Positions 12,645 to 25,793 of a stretch of 64,000 nt of DNA are shown here, in pieces (within the stretch, counting starts at the first letter, position 1; each line of letters opens with the position of its first letter). The stretch covers positions 876,651 through 940,650 of the forward strand of contig JAQGDQ010000042.1 in NCBI GenBank assembly GCA_030141605.1. The letters are read 5' to 3'. The notes under the pieces were generated by a model that worked only from the letters and a program-made list of their open reading frames with translations, was not told the DNA's origin and made no database searches. The position numbers and the translations under genes are program-made. This DNA comes from Tubiluchus corallicola. Taxonomy: Eukaryota; Animalia; Priapulida.

Positions 12645-12865
12645 GATCCGCCCTCTCGTTCACTATAATAATAATGATTCACCTGTCATACTATAGCCGC
12701 CCAATCAAAGGGCCATTAAGATTTATTAGTCCTTGTTATTTGTGATGTACACGCCGAATAGACGTTTATATCAGTCTATCATAGCGTAATGAATGTAACA
12801 ACGTACAGCCACAATATAGATAAACTTATAATGAAATATGTAATGGTTCCGTGACGTCACTCGCT
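12645..12865. promoter_or_regulatory. Candidate cis-regulatory cluster upstream of Pax6 (GC boxes, CCAAT, CRE)
   Basis: CCGCCC at about 12648 and 12697 (the latter overlapping CCAAT at 12701), TGACGTCA at 12852-12859 and several TAAT/ATTA cores, ~2.3 kb 5' of the candidate ATG. Motif evidence only. Confidence 0.3.
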
Positions 12866-13599
12866 TAAATTACCGCTTCAGAAAAATGTTTTTGGTGATA
12901 TATGACAGGCATAATATAGGGCAGATCTCACGTTAAAAACATCATTATCAAAATTAAAAATAACTGCAGAAAAATTGTTGATAGGTTTTGAGAATCGAAT
13001 GAGTTTTCCACTCAAAACACAAAATGTTGTTAGTCTATTCATAATAATTCGCCACAAACATAAAATAAAATCCGTTGGAGTTCTTATTTATAGATAGCCT
13101 CCAGGTAAAAATTATTAAAATTACTTAACAGTGCCTGCAAATGCGGCTTATAGGCGCACAGGATGGCTTGCCTAATTTACAATGTAATTAAATGACCTAT
13201 TGTTGATAATGATGATCAGTTGACAAACCCTAAATTATGACCAAAAATTAGGCCATAATGTCAACTAAACTAGATTTACACAGATACGGTCAGACAGATA
13301 AACAGTAGGAACACCTGTAGAAAAGGATGCGAAAGTTAAACCACCTGGTACTGTTTGCGGAGAGGCCAAATGCTATTACGATTCTATAGTGTTATTGTAA
13401 TTATACCATGTATTAAAAATTATTTATTTATTAATCTATTTAATTAAGTATTTATTAATTAATTGGACTGGGGAATTTAAACGAAGTTTTTTGTTGCATA
13501 TTTTGTATTTAGTTATATTTTGGAATAGCTTTTACTGTATAAAGTAAATCTTTTGTGTTTTTGTGTGGCTTAACTGGTTTTTATGCTGAATTAAAAATA

Positions 13600-13885
13600 A
13601 CCAAATCAAATCTAATCGAATCCAACCCTATCCGATCCAATCTGATCTAATCCAATCCAATCTGATCCAATCCAATCCAATCCAATCCAACCCATTCCAA
13701 TCCAATCCAATCTAATCTAACCAAACCCAACCCAACCCAACCCAAACCAACCTAACCTAACCTAACCTAACCTAACCTAACCTAACCTAACCTAACCTAA
13801 CCTAACCTAACCTAACCTAACCTAACAACTTAACCTAATCTAATTTAATTTAATTTAATCTAATCTAATCTAATCTAAACCAGTC
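13600..13885. repeat. Compound pentanucleotide satellite including (CCTAA)15 = (TTAGG)15 at 13751-13825
   Basis: The unit changes AAATC > AATCC > AACCC > AACCT > AATTT > AATCT while keeping a 5-bp period. Confidence 0.95.
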
Positions 13886-14469
13886 TAAATCTAAGCCAGA
13901 ATTTCTTTAACATAAAGGTTAAAAAAGTAACAAAACAAAAAATAAAAACTTACAAAATACAAATACAAAACAAAATAAAACACATTACTGTATAGAAGCA
14001 CACATAATCACTGAGAATTAAGATACGACAGCTTCCTTTTTTAATATAAAAGTTCTAAGATGAAAGTTCAATGTTCATGTAATATTATTCAATGTTCATA
14101 TTGTGTGTGTAACAACAAAAAAGAAAAGCTGGTGATGACAAAGATGGTAAGAAAGAAAATGACGCTAGAAACACTGCAGTTCATGCCGTTAATAACAAAC
14201 GGTGTAATGGTGTTAACGAGAGTGAATAAAAAAGTGATGGCACAATTTAGACAGATTTCAGAGTAGATGACGCCAAAGAAAATAAAAAACATAACCAATA
14301 AGTTTTAACGAAGAAAAATTTGCTACAGAAAGCAAAACGGTATAGTTGTGTTGGTTTTGTTTTAATTAATGTAAGTTGTAACTTACTTAATTCTTGTTTT
14401 TCTGCTGTTTCACTTGTTTATTATTGTATTCCTTTCCTTCGTTTTCCCTCGTTTTCTTTCTTTGTGCAT

Positions 14470-14650
14470 TTGTTCATTCATCGTTCACACAATTATTTAT
14501 TTTTCTTCCATTCATTCATTCATCCATTCGTTCGTTCATTTATTCAGAGATTCATTGAACTATTCAATTTTTCATTTCACTGTAAAAGCATGAGTAGTCC
14601 TAGCAAAATAAATATAAATAAATAAATAAATAGATAAATACATAAATAAT
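14470..14650. repeat. Degenerate (TTCA/TTCG)n and (AAAT)n microsatellites
   Basis: Direct inspection. Confidence 0.75.
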
Positions 14651-16903
14651 ACATAGTTTACTATGTGTGATTTACTAAAAATTTTGCGTTGCGCATTATA
14701 AGTGAATTTTTTTTTATAAACCCAACTTAATTGCTTTAGAGTGAAATGGCGTTATTTAAAAATATTACATGTTAAGACAACACAATGGACAAAGATTCTT
14801 AAACACTGACAGTCTGAAATGCTGTAATTATGGAATCGTTTCTCCTAATAAACTGACAGATAGCACTAAAGCCTCGGAGATCAATGTAAAATTAGCTTTG
14901 TAGATTTTTTATACTTGATGTTACCTCACAACACAGCTGTGTTATTCAAGACAGGACCCCTAGCTGTAACGTGACAGACGGGAAGTACAATATTTTCACC
15001 TAACTTGTCGTAACCATGGTAGCGAGATGCTAAAGGAATGGAGTTACTCATAAGTGCAGCTTCTCTCATTTGTAACACTGGCTCTTGAGTGGTACAAATA
15101 AAATTATCCCCTTTGGCAAGGTCCATCTTTCTCCATTCATGTGATTTTTTTACTAGGTGCAAGAAAAAAACGTCCAATAGTAGAATTTTTAGACACAGTT
15201 AAGATCGTTTTCATAAGACCGCAGATAACATTATTGTTGCCGGCATGAGATTTTTGTAATTATAATAATATTGTCAAATGCTAATTTTTTGAAAAATATC
15301 TTGTGAGGCAGTTAAATGGCAGTTAACATTTTAATGATTCATTTCCAGTTAGCGTTTACATATCTGTACATATATGAGTTCACTTTTCTATGTGTGTGAG
15401 TCTTAGCAATAGCATCATACCTCGAAAAATGACGACGCTTACAAGGTGACAATTTTGAAAAATTTATTCAACAGCTAACTAATATAATTTTAATAACAGG
15501 AATTTGTTTATTTAGAACTGTCAGTACCTTAGAAAGAACGCTTCAAACAATCGTCGGTTCACCTATCTTATGTGAATATTTTTAAATAAATTTATATGAG
15601 CTTGAACATCTGATTTCATAAATTAAAAATAAATATTTGTCACACTAAAGTGAACAAGATTCAAGGTAATTCAGTCTTTCTCAACGCAGGGAATCGCAGA
15701 TATCAGATTTTTAAAAAGATGAAGATGTCCTAATAATAACATTATAACAGAGAATAAACATAATTCAGATCAACAGTTTATGGTAATTAAATATGGGTAC
15801 ATGTTACACCTTAGTAATCATAATCAATTTTACTTTTGAACGTACACAGAAAAAAATTATAGATTCAATTTTTCTTTGGAGAAATGAAAACGGAAACATC
15901 AGCTGAAAATATATTATTGTCTGTATTAATTTGGTTTCTCTGCTTTGCGAAATAACTAAAATAAGCTTATTACGCGGCAAAGTGACCGGAGGGTCATGTA
16001 CGTATAATTAAGCAAACGCAAATCCGATTGGTTACAATAAAATGATTTTTTGTTTTTTCTTATTGAAAATTTGGGAAAAAATGTTGGAATACTGTTTAAA
16101 AGTTCAACTAACTTTTTAAATTTGCAAAATGCGTGTTTTACAATTTTGCTATATATTTTACTAATATTTTACTTTGATTTTAGTAAGTTTTAATTAAATC
16201 CACGACAAGATTCTCGACATACAATTTGAGGTCTATGCTTTAAATGTCAAAACTCTTTTAGGTTTGTAACTCGGAAATTTCAAAAAGATGGGCGACTGAA
16301 TTGGGTAATTTCTATTTGATAGTACCCGATAGGGCACAGACTTTATTGAAACAGTCGTTGACTTTAAGTGGATGGTTCGAGGTGTTAAGTCAATAACACA
16401 AAGTTAAAGGTCAGTTACAATTCAAAAACTGTAGGAAGTTAGGCAACTAAACCTAGGGGAGGGTAACACTAACTTAAAGTACTAGATACGAGACCGATTT
16501 TAGTAGTATGATCGGTTAGTTTCAGTGAGTAGTTTGAGTCAGTTAGTCATTCAGTCATTCTTTTTAACCCTGACAATGGCTAAAAAATGGTTAGTTATAC
16601 AGTCAGTCAGTAAACAAAAAAAATGCGGATTAAAAAATTCGAAAAGTTTTAAAAGGACTGCCAGAAATCACAGAATCTAAAATTTAGACAGTTTTGTGGT
16701 TCTAAGCCCTACGGGCAATTATTAACTTTCAACACGCAGGTTAGTGCTGTGAATTCAGTTTCAAGATATGTTTGAAATTGGTGACTACATCATAAAAAAT
16801 CTAGCATATGTAACTTTACTCCATTGATATGATGCGATATGAGCTAAGCTCAGTTCGAATTTTGATTTGGTTTGTTTACGACGACCGTTAGTAACGCGAC
16901 ATC

Positions 16904-16994
16904 TGACCGACAAACTTTATGAAAACGTTGCACAATTTGTATGAAATCTTTGACAGTCAAACTTTATGAAAACGTTGCACAATCTGTATGAAAT
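16904..16994. repeat. 47-bp tandem duplication
   Basis: caaactttatgaaaacgttgcacaat(t/c)tgtatgaaat occurs twice with period 47. Confidence 0.9.
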
Positions 16995-18120
16995 AATTTC
17001 TAGTCTGCAAATCACCGTGACGCTGAAAGAACGAAACAACTGGTTCAGTTGCCAATTTGGATAATAAATTTTGGACAAATAGAATGAGCTCGATTAAGCT
17101 GTAACTGATGAGGCAATCAGGTGAAACCCTCTAATAATAGTGTCTGTGGCTCGTGCCTTTGTTAAGTGTGGGCAGGGATAAAGCTCTCTACGGGAGCAGA
17201 TGGAGGAACGAGCCAGCAAGGAAAAGGAGCACTAGCGCATGAGACATGAACATCAATGCAGCGCAAATTTAAGCAGTACGCGTGTAAGGAATATTATAAT
17301 AAATCCACGGCACCCCTGCCGTTCCTACGCTTCTTAACCGCCGATTTACTTCACCGCCTTAGACAATGCATGGCATTTGATTTAACCTCACTTGTCAAAG
17401 CAAGAAAGCGTCACACAGTGACGAGTAAAGCCAGCCAAACTGCCTTCAAAATGGCTGGTTCAAATAAACTTAATGATAGAGAAAAATCTGGCTGCGAAAC
17501 GCTGTGGTTGGGTCTAATAAATTTACTGGAGCGGTTTCATTCCAGTCACAAATGTGTTCTTACTTGATGTAGACTAACGAAACGGTTTTAAGGTTTTGCA
17601 TGGCGTAAAATTCCCGCTTTTATTTTACCACGAAGCGTCACCAGGCGACAGTATCACAATTGCCCAAAGCTGCATAAATGACAAGATGGTTAAAGTATGA
17701 AAAAATGTAAGAACTTGATGGAAACCTTTCATAGAATACCGAGAGGATTTTTCCAACGGAAAGTAATTAGCACGAATTGAATAGGTAAATTGTTAAGGCT
17801 ATTTTTAAATTTACATGCCTCAAGTATTGAAAGTATACGCAAAAAATTGGGTTAATTCTTTACAATCATTCAGATATTTCACAACAACAGCAACAACAAC
17901 AACAACAGCAAAACTTTATTAACCGAAGACGAACATTGGAGCTATAGCCATAGTAGTGCATATCGTCAGACTTCATGTACAGTCGTTTTCTATAACTTTT
18001 CCTAAAAATGAATTTCATTATTTTAGAGCTGGAATTCTGTGTTTCTGACGTCATTGTGCCTGACGACCTTCATACACGTTGTGAGAATTATTTATAGGCT
18101 TGATAATTATTATTAAGATA

Positions 18121-18604
18121 CTAGCCCTCAAAACAAGGCTGCAATTCTTCAATGCATAAGCAAACAGTATCTTCATGTATGTACATTGTACAACAGTGAA
18201 ATATGGGGCTTGACTGCAACTCAGGAAACAGAAATAGATGTGTTTCACAGAGATCTACTCAGAAAAATCGTGAAAATAAAATGGTCATATATCATGTCAA
18301 ATGAACAGCTGTATAACAGAACCAAAGAAGAACATTGGAGCACAAAAATCAGAGTGAGAAGGCTGCGATGGGTAGGACATTTAATGGGATTGCCAGAAAC
18401 AACACTAGTAAGATTAGCATTAAACGAGGCACTGAAACCTGCTAAATGACCTCCAAAAACAGCTTTAGTGTGAAGAATTAATAATGATTTACAACCTAAA
18501 GGTAGACCAAACATAACAATAGCATCACAGGAATTGAAAATTTTAGCTTCAGATAGGAAACAGTGTCTACAGTAGATGTTTAGAGCAAAAGAAGAAGAAG
18601 AAGA
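18121..18604 (+). mobile_element. 5'-truncated RTE-clade LINE (ORF C-terminus plus (GAA)n tail)
   Basis: YNSEIW...IDVFHRDLLRKIVKIKW...SNEQLY...RRLRWVGHL matches the post-RT region typical of RTE elements (YGSETW...LRRIL.I.W...SN.E...RRLRW.GH). It has stops and frameshifts and ends in gaagaagaagaaga. Confidence 0.85.
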
Positions 18605-21149
18605 TTATTAAGAATGTTCTTTTTCTAACTAAAATTTTGCAAATAAACGCAATGCTACCAGCTGATACAAGTTTTATTTTACGTGCTCTTTATTTTAAAT
18701 TTTAAGCATACTTTAAAATTAGTCGCTCTTTCCCTTTAAACACGCTAGCTACTGCGACAAATTTATCCTTGAAAGAGATTTATCCTTGCTGGAGAATCCT
18801 TCGCTAATTCAAATTCTCCTGCCACTAAGTCCTAGCGTATCCTGGCTATTCTATCTCAATACTCCAGTGAGTTTATTCCCTGCAGTCAGCGATCGGTGTT
18901 CAAGCACAAAATCAAATCAAGACCTGGCGAAGAGGTAAAGCCAATGAGCACATAACTTAATCATGGTTAGTATTTATGAACCGTACGTCTGGTGAATGCT
19001 GTAGAGCAGACCTTACTGTCGATTGAATGTACAGCATGATCACGTATATGATGTCGCCTCCAGTGAAATCATCAAAGCGACTGAGACGAATGTGTTAGAG
19101 TTTTATACATCTAGTTATTGCGCTTGACTGTGAAATAAAAAGTTGAATTCAAAATTCGAGTTTTTATTTTGCGAAATCAGTGTGCAATAAAGTAATTACG
19201 AAATCAGAGCTAAAATTGTACAATTAAGAATTAAATAATCTACCGATGCCTAAATTTAACAGCTGCCTGGCTAATTTCCAAGCTTACATGATTTTTTAAA
19301 AGTGTTCTACGTCGTACTATGATATATTATTTGCAATTAAGTTTGCAAGAATATTCCAAAATGAAAGACAGAAGTACTTTCAATTCTAAACTTTCTGTTG
19401 TTTATATGCAACGAAAGCCAGAAATTTGTAATATACGTATAAAAATTTCACACTGTTTATACGTGCTATTTTAGCTAGCCTTATTCGAGCTTAAATCATA
19501 TTTTTCACATCTTACACGTAGACCAGTGCATAAGACTAGATTTTCTTGACGCGCAGTTGTACTTTGAAAAAAAGGGCGATTGTTAAAATTCCAGAACAAT
19601 TAAAACAACAAAAAACAAATACAAAAAACGTTCTTTTTTATCGGAATACTTTCATTAAATTTTAATTCACTTCTTGCAAACGTAAAACGCATGATATATA
19701 TTCCAAGAAGCCTTGAATATTTCAAGAAAGGGCTAGTGTTTTGATTTACTCATACGTCGTAATTCGACCAGACTTAATGCAAAACAGAGATACTGAAATT
19801 TTTTTGTAATGAAGAAATTGTAAAATATAATCAAATTTACACGTAATACAATTATGTATGCCTATGCAATCAATGTAATTAACATATCATTTGCGATTAT
19901 TATAACTCTTGTTATGTAACTCTCATAAGCTCACCTATTGCCTCGTTAACGCTGTTTTGTTAGTTCAGGAAGCCCTCGACTCCAACACCAGGCTTCGTTT
20001 AATCCACTTTTAATTAAATCAGATGAGGACGTTAGCGCTTTATGCGTGGGTGACAGTACATCCCCCGTTATGAGTGTACCTCCAAAAACCTTGGAATTTG
20101 TGGATGGTACAATTCTTCAGCTCCACAGGAATTACTTTGTTTACTGCTATAGTATGGACTATTGTGATTATCTGTATTTCAGTTCAAACACAATTGTATG
20201 TTCCAACAAGGTTGGTAATTCAAGTTAGATAGGGCCAGATGCTCAAAAAAGGGAATAACGCTATGGTTATTTTAAAGGAAAACAGTTTTTTTCATATCCT
20301 ACCCCATTTTGAAGTACGGTAAAAAGCATACATTTTAACCCCAATAATACAGGAAAAGCATTTCTGATAATTGAATAATAGATTAAAATCTTAGTTAATA
20401 GCGGGCGAGCCCAACTATTCATGACACCACAAATGAACATAATTTTCAACAGCACAAACATTCCGTTAGTGTGTTGTATGTGTTTGCAAAACAGAAAATT
20501 GAAGCACAGTGTTACTGTACAAGATTCAGTGAGTTGTACTAAAACTCGGCAAGTTTTAAGATAAAAAGTCAACTTTCAAATTTACCGTTGTGCTTACGCA
20601 TGAGCTATCGAACGTATGCAGCACATCACAAACGAATACCTCTGAACTGAGAGGTGCAGCATCTGTTTTTTGTGCAACGGGCTTCCAAAATGTAGGCACT
20701 AGTGCCTGTCTAACTAACGAATGGTGAAATACATGTAACAGCGAAGAACTAGTAGCGCGAACACGAAGTTGCGCTTGTGTGGCAACAATTCTTTCAAGTA
20801 AGTAATTCTTGAAAAAATAGTATGTTCCCTTTCTATATTTTAAAGAGTAGATTGTTTTGACCTACAGTTTAAGATTGTGTCCGGTTTTCCTTTAACTTTT
20901 TTACCGAAATAAGTGCTTGTGGTGCATTTAAGTAAACTTAAAGCCAAACATAAATTTAAATTTAAAGGGGAAGAACAGGAAATTTTAAAGTCCCAAAAAA
21001 CTTTCCATATAAAGTTATATTATATTAAACAGCATTACGCTCACCTGTATGAAAGACTTACGTGGCTAGAAAAGAAAGTTTTTAGTAATTTAAGTTATTT
21101 CTTGTAAAATATATGATATTTCGGGCAACTGGTCGCTGATTCACCTTCC

Positions 21150-21359
21150 CACTGTGCACAACTGACTCACCGAAAACGTATTTTTAACCTTACTGACAAG
21201 ATAAAGTAGTTTAATCTTTTGTTTAGTTAACTAAAGGTGTGCTACGAACAGTCTGATTATTTCTTCTAACTTCACGCAGTGTTATCTAAACTTGCTTCTA
21301 ACGAGTTACGACTTCGAACGTCAAACTGGCTGCGCCTAACGATCATCGCGAAAGTTTAA
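21150..21359 (+). repeat. Dispersed ~200-bp repeat, copy A (probable DNA transposon relic)
   Basis: Aligns with 23853-24052 (aaaacgtattttttaa, tctgattattt, tcacgca.tgttatctaa, tggctgcgccta.cg.tcatcgcg). Both copies end in TTAA. Confidence 0.75.
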
Positions 21360-22191
21360 TACATGTACAAGTTTTGTGCGCCATACGGCAGTATGTAAAA
21401 ATGATACGATTTTTTAGGTTTTTGTAATTAAAGCGTTTTTTGTGCTTGAAATTTACAGTTAAATTTAAAATTAACTTAACCGAAACCTTACCTTTGCCTA
21501 TTTACTTAATATATACAGTAGGGTTCGAGTCTGCTTAAAATGTAGCGTCTATTGACAACTGGGGTGATTACTTCAAGTAGTTGGACAAGTAAAGAAGCAC
21601 AAAGAAACCGCCATCATTTGTTTATTAGATCACAGTCACGTGTTTTACTCCCACCGTTTGCAGCTGCAGGCGAGATGTGTCAGAGTGACATCCCGACAAG
21701 GACATGAAAAATGCGGCATGCAACGAGAGACGAGGAAAATTACATAAAAATCCTTGTAAACACTATTAGACTGGATTGGATTGAACAATAAGCAAAATTT
21801 TTTACAAGACATTCACAAACGAGTCAAAACAATGATACACTAAAATATGATACGATACGCTAAAATCATCCAATGATACGAATAGAACATCCCCCTTGGA
21901 TTAATTGTATTTAGGAGACCATTGCCACTCAATTGTTTTGACGCAATTTACTTTCTACCTGGCTATCCTGAAAAGTCAATAATGAACTTGCATTCCAACA
22001 AAGTAAAAGACCCAAGAAAATTGTGTTGTGTATCTGGTCATTTTGACATTGTATTTTATGTGGCACAATTACTGATTCATTACAATACTGTCCCGTGCAT
22101 AAAATGTGTTTTTCGTTGCATATGCAAGGTACATGGACCCGGCCAGTAATAATTATGATTATAACTCAAATTTGTACGAAAGGTAACGCTA

Positions 22192-22325
22192 AAGTGTCAT
22201 TTACCTGGCATCGGAAAGCGTTATGCGTTTTCCACCTGCGGAATAGCTGCGTTTAAAAAAATCAATGGGAAATAGCTGCAGAAAAAATAAGGCATAACGC
22301 AGGCCTGATAAACGTTGTGCCACTG
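22192..22325. mobile_element. Partial copy of the MITE at 43851-44070
   Basis: Shares ttacct.gcatc, gcgttatgc, tccacctgcggaatagctgc, gaaatagctgcagaa and ctgataaacg. Confidence 0.75.
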
Positions 22326-23852
22326 ATGAAAACCAAATGTGCGCTGGCAAAATATAACATAGGTAGAATGTCCATTTTCTCCAGTGACAAAGTGTGGCAA
22401 TGCACTGCGTGACAGCGATATCATTTAAAACTTTTAGTACCACCATGTACACGTATAATATTCATTGAAAGTTATTTTGTTTCTGATGTGTAGATTTGAA
22501 TGTACATAAAATGTTATAATCAAACTCACTTGGTATATTACACGTTTTGCGTTATCTTCCAATCTTAATTACTCAATTATAGCAAAATCCTCAACTGACA
22601 AATGAACAGAACACAGACCCGAGTGTGGATATTAGCGACTTAATTAAGGCTTGCGTGTCTTCTTGAATACACCATCAAAGACCCTTACAACCAATTATTA
22701 CTACTCGGACACGTGGCCTTAACGGCGCGATTAGTTACTTAGGGAATCTTAAAAGATGTTTGAGGAGGCTGCGCAAAAGGAAAGGAGGGCGCATCCGCAA
22801 TAGAAGTTTCATAAGAAAATTATCAAAAGATGCATAATTTTTGTTTAACAAAAATTTGGCATCATCTTCGTTCTTCTGGTTGTTTTTATTACACCATCGT
22901 ATCTTATGAAACCTGATTGGTCTACTCAGTTATGACAAAAGCATGCACATTAAGTTGATGGTGCACACGAGGCTCTTGAGTACAAAATAGTCCTGAATGG
23001 AATCGTAGTTTTAACGATCCGGGCTCTCACACTGTGCACTTGTGTTCGGCTCCACTTGAAGCTCTTTGTTTAAGCACGTAATTATAAAACACTGATCAAA
23101 TAGCTCCAAGATTAGAGCCGCTTAGCCTTGTTAGTATATTGATTGATTTGCTCTAAATCCATTTAGGTCTACCTCTCTTGAAAAGAAACAGCTTTTAATG
23201 ATTCAGTGAAGACAATGCACTCTTTTGTGAATAAATAATATCTGCCACACGCAAACACCGCCGGGTAGCCAGAACGTCCCCTCTTTGAGTCTTTCTCCGT
23301 GAAGCAATAGCAACATATGCTGCAGATGTTCTGACGAAGGTTTCCAGAAGATACTTTACATGCTGAGAAAGTAGGCTACCTTGAAGCAAGGTGATGAAAT
23401 TTTAATGACATTCCAAAAATAAATTTATTATATAAATCTCGCCCAAAGAAAATTTAGTAATACGTGAACCCGTACTTATTTCACGTGTTACATTTGAATG
23501 TCTTATCGACATTTGAAATACGCATAGTTAGGACAAGAAAAGAGTTACCTTAAGTAGGTTTCAGAAAAATCGCCTTAAAAATTATATTACTTTACAGCAG
23601 TTTTATGCATATATCGTACTCGCGTTAAAAAGAATCTTTGTTTGTTTCTGTTTTAAATCCCGGCAACACCGTTCCGACGTCACTTACAAACGTAAGTCAG
23701 GTGAAGAAAAGGAATGTTAAACTATGTCACAAAAAACTTTCTATGTAAATCTATATTACTTAGCATTTCGCTTGCCTGCTGGAAAGACTTATGTAACTAG
23801 AAATAATAATTTAAATGTTTGCGCCGATTGGTAAAATGTCACTGGCTCACCA

Positions 23853-24052
23853 GGGTGCGCCGCTCGCTAACCAAAAAACGTATTTTTAATCTTATTGACA
23901 AGACCCAGTGACTTAAATTTTTACTTAGCTAGTAACATGTGTGTTACGAATGCTCTGATTATTTTTTCAAACGTCACGCAATGTTATCTAAGCTTATTTC
24001 AAACGAACTACCAATAAAATGGCTGCGCCTACCGGTCATCGCGGGAGCTTAA
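23853..24052 (+). repeat. Dispersed ~200-bp repeat, copy B
   Basis: Diverged direct copy of 21150-21359. Confidence 0.75.
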
Positions 24053-25498
24053 ATTTACAATGTTTAAAGGGCGTTACTGCCGATGCAAGCCCTGCATGCA
24101 AAAAGGCAGTAAGTGATGTAAAATCTCAAGACGAATTTTTCAAGCTTTATATAAGTGGAATGTTTCTTGAGCTGTAAAATTAAGCTGCTCTCGAAGACTC
24201 AGCAAGGTGTTCGAACAATAAAGTATGTGTTACTGTAACGGTGTTTGCTACGTCTAATCAAGAACATGTAAATTGCATGATATCCAAGATAGGTACAACT
24301 CTTTGTGATTAAAGGAATCTATGTATTTTGTTTTGGTTGCTGTCATATTAATATTAGTGCATTATATTTAGTAGATAACATCAGCTTTAGTTGCCATAAG
24401 AATATTGAGAATCATAAGAAGATAAATATTTAAGATTCTTAATCGGTGGTAGTTTGAAAACCCAAGCCGAGTCGTCTCCAAGTTTTTGTCGTCTTCAGCG
24501 AATTAATGCTATCACGTTCCTTTAATTATCGTCATCAACAAAAGCAGCAGCATCTACTTTATCATTATCGTTGTTGTCGTAACCGTTGCCATACTTTCAT
24601 CGTATTATTGCGCAACAGAACAAATTTTGAAGTACATAGGGCATGCCTTATTGAAAACGTCTGTTTTCAATAATAAATTAATGCCTAAAATATAATGTTA
24701 ATATAGCCAGAACAATTGTCACTTATTTGTATTAGTACTAGTTTGTTTAGTTTAGCTTTCAACTTATACATATAGTGAGTAAAATGCAAGTACAATGGCT
24801 TATACAAATTTTACATCTAGATGCTATAGCTGTGCAACAGTTGAACTAATGATATCTATCTAAAGATCAGTTTGTGGCCTGACAGTAAAAAATAGTCTAA
24901 CCTGGTTCAGCTGAACCTTTGTCTTCAAAGTGAAAGCCAGAGTTTTCGTAATCCATTGCATACTGCAAAATAGTAAAAACACCTAACTGTAATTCAGGGA
25001 ATACACATTTTGCCAATAAACTTGCAATTAAACATAATCTGGATGGAAATTCTACACTTCATTGTACTTTTTAATGAACAACTGTGATAAGTAGATATTG
25101 GAGGATATTGTGATTTTTATAAAAATTCGTTATGCTCTTCAAATATAATTGCGAAATGTTTCTACAGGTACGTTTGAGTTAAATAGGCTTAAATAGGTGC
25201 CCGTGTGCAATTTAGTCATTTTGAGATCTGTTCAGCTATTACTTTTACATACCATCAATTTTCTTTGTCGGTCGAAGTTTGGATTCAAATTCACGTTCAG
25301 TTTTTCATAAGCTAAAAGCAGAAAGAAAATAAATATAAATAAATATAATTTTATGCAATTTTTATACTGCGTATTTATCAACATTCAAGTATTGGTTTGT
25401 TGACGTGTAGTGCTGGTAACTAGAAAGCAACTTTGAGTGTAAAAACAAACGCATAATGCAGCAGAAGAGCAAAATTTCATTACTATAATGGCTAACTT

Positions 25499-25793
25499 CC
25501 CAGGCAGCACGACAATATTGTACGAATGTTGTCACAATATTTTTGCAAATATGGATACAATATGGAAATCTTGACTTGTCACAACATTGTATCAATACCT
25601 TTATCAACCATATAAGCCATATTAACCATATGTGTTGCCAACATTTGACGACAATATTGGTCCAATGTTGTACCAATAATGGACGAAAATATCTTATGCT
25701 GTACCAACATGGTGCCAATATTTTCTGAATAGATTTTTGTCAACATCCTGATAAGACGTGACCATATGGTGACAATATTGTGTGCTACCTGGG
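25499..25793. mobile_element. MITE with CCCAG-type TIRs (EnSpm/CMC-like), 295 bp
   Basis: Starts cccaggcagcac and ends gtgctacctggg (11/12 inverted match). The interior is made of repeated caa(t/c)attg motifs. Confidence 0.8.

Noticed and set aside
25499-25793. Regularly recurring caatattg motifs as a CRISPR-like array
   Set aside because: Eukaryotic context, short irregular motifs bounded by TIRs, and no cas genes. It is MITE substructure.
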